A stretch of DNA of 64,000 bases. Origin: Squalus acanthias (lineage: Eukaryota). This document shows, in pieces, positions 61,750 through 64,000 of this stretch. Location: positions 134,790,001 to 134,854,000 of the forward strand of contig CM059432.1 in NCBI GenBank assembly GCA_030390025.1, given 5' to 3'. A program made the translations under genes and the position numbers. Position 1 is the first letter of the stretch. Every line of letters starts with the position of its first letter. A model generated the notes under the pieces. That model had not been told where the DNA came from. It made no database searches and saw only the letters and a list, made by a program, of their open reading frames with translations.

Positions 61750-63350
61750 CACATAGTACAGTATATTTGGATCTTAGGAGGAAGATCATAGCAATATTAA
61801 TTTTAAGAACAAAAAAGTGGCAACAGTAGACAGGTTGGGGGCTAAAGATAGGCAAGGAATCACAATAACAAGTATTATCTTGTATCCTGTCTATGAGGGC
61901 GAAAGAGGTTTAGTAGAGACTCCCACACATGAAAACATAGATATGGAGAACTTCCATTCAAGGAGGTCAAGAATGTCGATTGATGAACAATTGGATGGCA
62001 AGAGATGGTAGCTGTCTACGTCATTAAAAAAACTGAAAAGACTTTCAGTGCTACATAGAAGGAAATCAAGATGTACTGATTAGACTGTGAGAGGTATAAA
62101 GGTCAAATGCACAGAGGGCATGCAGTCCAAAGAAGTTAATGAATGCAGAGTTGAATCATCAGCAAAAGAGTGGATATGGTTATGTCATGAATGGTAGAGG
62201 TCATAGATAAGAAGGAGGAACAGCGAGAATGAGGACAGAAGTCTGGGTTAAATGGAAAATGAGCTAGAGGACAAACCACTAACTACGGTACAAAGAGTGC
62301 AATTTTCAGGAAGACCAGATAGCCATGAACACACCTTAGGTGTGAAGACTATTTTGATAACTTGCTTAGAAGTGCATGATGCCAAACGGGTTAAGTGTTT
62401 TAAAAATATCTACAGAAATGACAAATGATTCACCAAAGTGCTTGACAGCAGAGTTAAAGGGGTGGACAATACAAGCAACGATGTCACCAGTGGAACGGCC
62501 AGACTGTAAACCATTTTGCAGTCAAAACTTTCAAGGTGTTGGCTAATTTGAGAATTAACAATAAATGCCATAACGTTACTTTGACCAAAGCAAGAGCAAG
62601 AAAGTTGTTTTTGGACAAGATGGATCACCTCTCAACAAGAGGACAAACACAAGTTAATTTCCAAGCCAGAAGGAAACTACTGGGAGTAAGAAAGACAGAA
62701 GTGAAGTCAAAGTTCAACGGCAAACATCTCGAGGACATTGGGCCAGTTGCCATCAGAGCAAGAGACCTTATTGAGCTCAGAGGGCAGAGAATCCGATAGA
62801 ACTGCAAGTAGATTTTAAAAATTATGTCCGTTAAAATCGGAGAACAGAATGGCTTAGTGGAGAACATTTATTGACTAAGATCAGACAAATTAGAGTGGGA
62901 AGAGAAAAGTGAATTATAAAGATCATTTTTTCTCTCTAGCAAAACAAGTAATTGTACCGTCAGGACAGAAAAAAAGGATAGAAAAGCAGGAGAATTCACG
63001 AAATGCACAAAGGATAGCTTTAGCCGGTGTCCAGGAGCAGCAGCTGCTGAGGTGGCGGGGGGGAGGGGGAGGGGATTATACAGAGAAGGACAAGAATGGT
63101 TGATCCATCTTTTCCATTAAACTATGCTTCACAGCTCCAACAGCGGATTTACAAGGAGATTACAAGAAGAGATAAAGTTGACTGGACACGGTTGCGAGTG
63201 ATCAAGATGCCAGGTGCGACAGACAGCAATTTATGAGGTACTGCAGAGCAGCAAGTGCGTTTGAACTAAGCTGCAGAGTGAATCCGCCAGAAGGAGGAAG
63301 AATTGGATATGCAGCTTTCTGTACCAACTAAAATATCAGTTCCTTCACTG
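61750..63350 (-). mobile_element. Very old LINE RT remnant of a distinct CR1-group (Zenon-like) lineage
   Basis: Minus-strand HIHSFADDST at about 62150-62180, and GLQSGRSTGDIVA..HPFNSAVKHFGESFVISVDI at about 62400-62515. Boundaries uncertain. Confidence 0.55.
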
Positions 63351-63416
63351 GCACAAGCAGGTGTCGCCTTTCGACCAAAAGTCGAAGTTGTAAGTGCAAA
63401 AGGGAGAAAAGTCAGA

Positions 63417-63860
63417 GGGCTAGAAATTCATTTCCTTACCGACGCTCCGTAGCTGCATGAAATGGCTATAAAATGGCGGCCGCTGCTCTTTCGCCAGCTG
63501 GTGGCGGGTCCCGCAGCGGCCGCCATATTGCTCTCGCCCTTTGCGCTGCTGGTAACTGGCAGCGCCCTGGAAAAAAAAATGGCGTATGTGGTGACGTCAA
63601 TCGGCGTGCAACGCCGACTTAACTTCACCGACGCGAACTTCGACCCTAGCGCTGGATCCTAAGCACGGCAGGTTAAACTGGCACGCAAGCAGGCTGACAG
63701 TGGCGATGTCTGCAGCTCTTAAAGGGACACGTCATTCAGGTAAGTTTGAATTTAGGGGTTTGGACTGTTTTTTTTTATTTTACTGAAGTAGTGGCTTGCT
63801 GCAATAGATGTGAAAAGTTTTTTTTAAGTGTGTAGGGAGTGCTGCTGGACGCTTGCAAGG
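63417..63860 (+). mobile_element. CpG-rich Harbinger-type element left end
   Basis: Starts gggctagaaattc, like the other GGGC-terminated TIR elements. Contains gtgacgtca and cttaaaggga motifs as in 7070 and 19062. Confidence 0.5.
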
Positions 63861-63884
63861 GCTCGGATGATAAATGAAGGCCTC

Positions 63885-64000
63885 TGAGAAGACAGAACAT
63901 GCTGCGAATGCTCAGCAGGTCACGCAACATCCGTGGAGAGAAAAACAGAGTTCACGTCTCAGGTCGACATGCTGCCTGACCAACTGAGTATTTCCAGCAT
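63885..64000. mobile_element. Palindromic Penelope-tail element cut by the window edge
   Basis: ctcagcaggtcacgcaacatccgtggagagaaaaacagagttcacgtctcaggtcga followed by atgctgcctgaccaactgagtatttccagcat. Confidence 0.75.

Noticed and set aside
1..64000. CRISPR arrays, operons, retrons or other prokaryotic systems
   Set aside because: The sequence is a vertebrate intron-rich locus. All RT and nuclease ORFs belong to eukaryotic retrotransposons, and no regularly spaced repeat-spacer array was seen.

Overview
Eukaryotic, repeat-dense vertebrate DNA. The CR1, L2, Deu-domain SINE and Penelope repertoire points to a cartilaginous fish, probably a shark (inference). The window lies inside the CTDP1 (FCP1, RNA polymerase II CTD phosphatase) gene on the minus strand. 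Two coding exons are supported: 20946-20805 (142 nt, end of the BRCT domain) and 14786-14556 (231 nt), separated by a 6018-nt GT-AG intron. The rest is intronic and holds CR1 LINEs of several ages, L2 fragments, tRNA/Deu SINEs, an RTE fragment, a fairly intact Neptune-type Penelope element next to a 500-N gap, PIF/Harbinger-type and Tigger-like DNA elements, and two very decayed LINEs of other lineages. There are no prokaryotic features, and I cannot claim a wholly new system. The most notable structures are (i) short Penelope-tail insertions with target-site duplications that begin at a minimal hammerhead ribozyme motif, and (ii) a CTDP1 intron bracketed by inverted L2 copies, with a near-identical inverted CR1 pair nested inside. 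Repeat boundaries were set by eye and are approximate. Family names come from recognised motifs, not from database searches.
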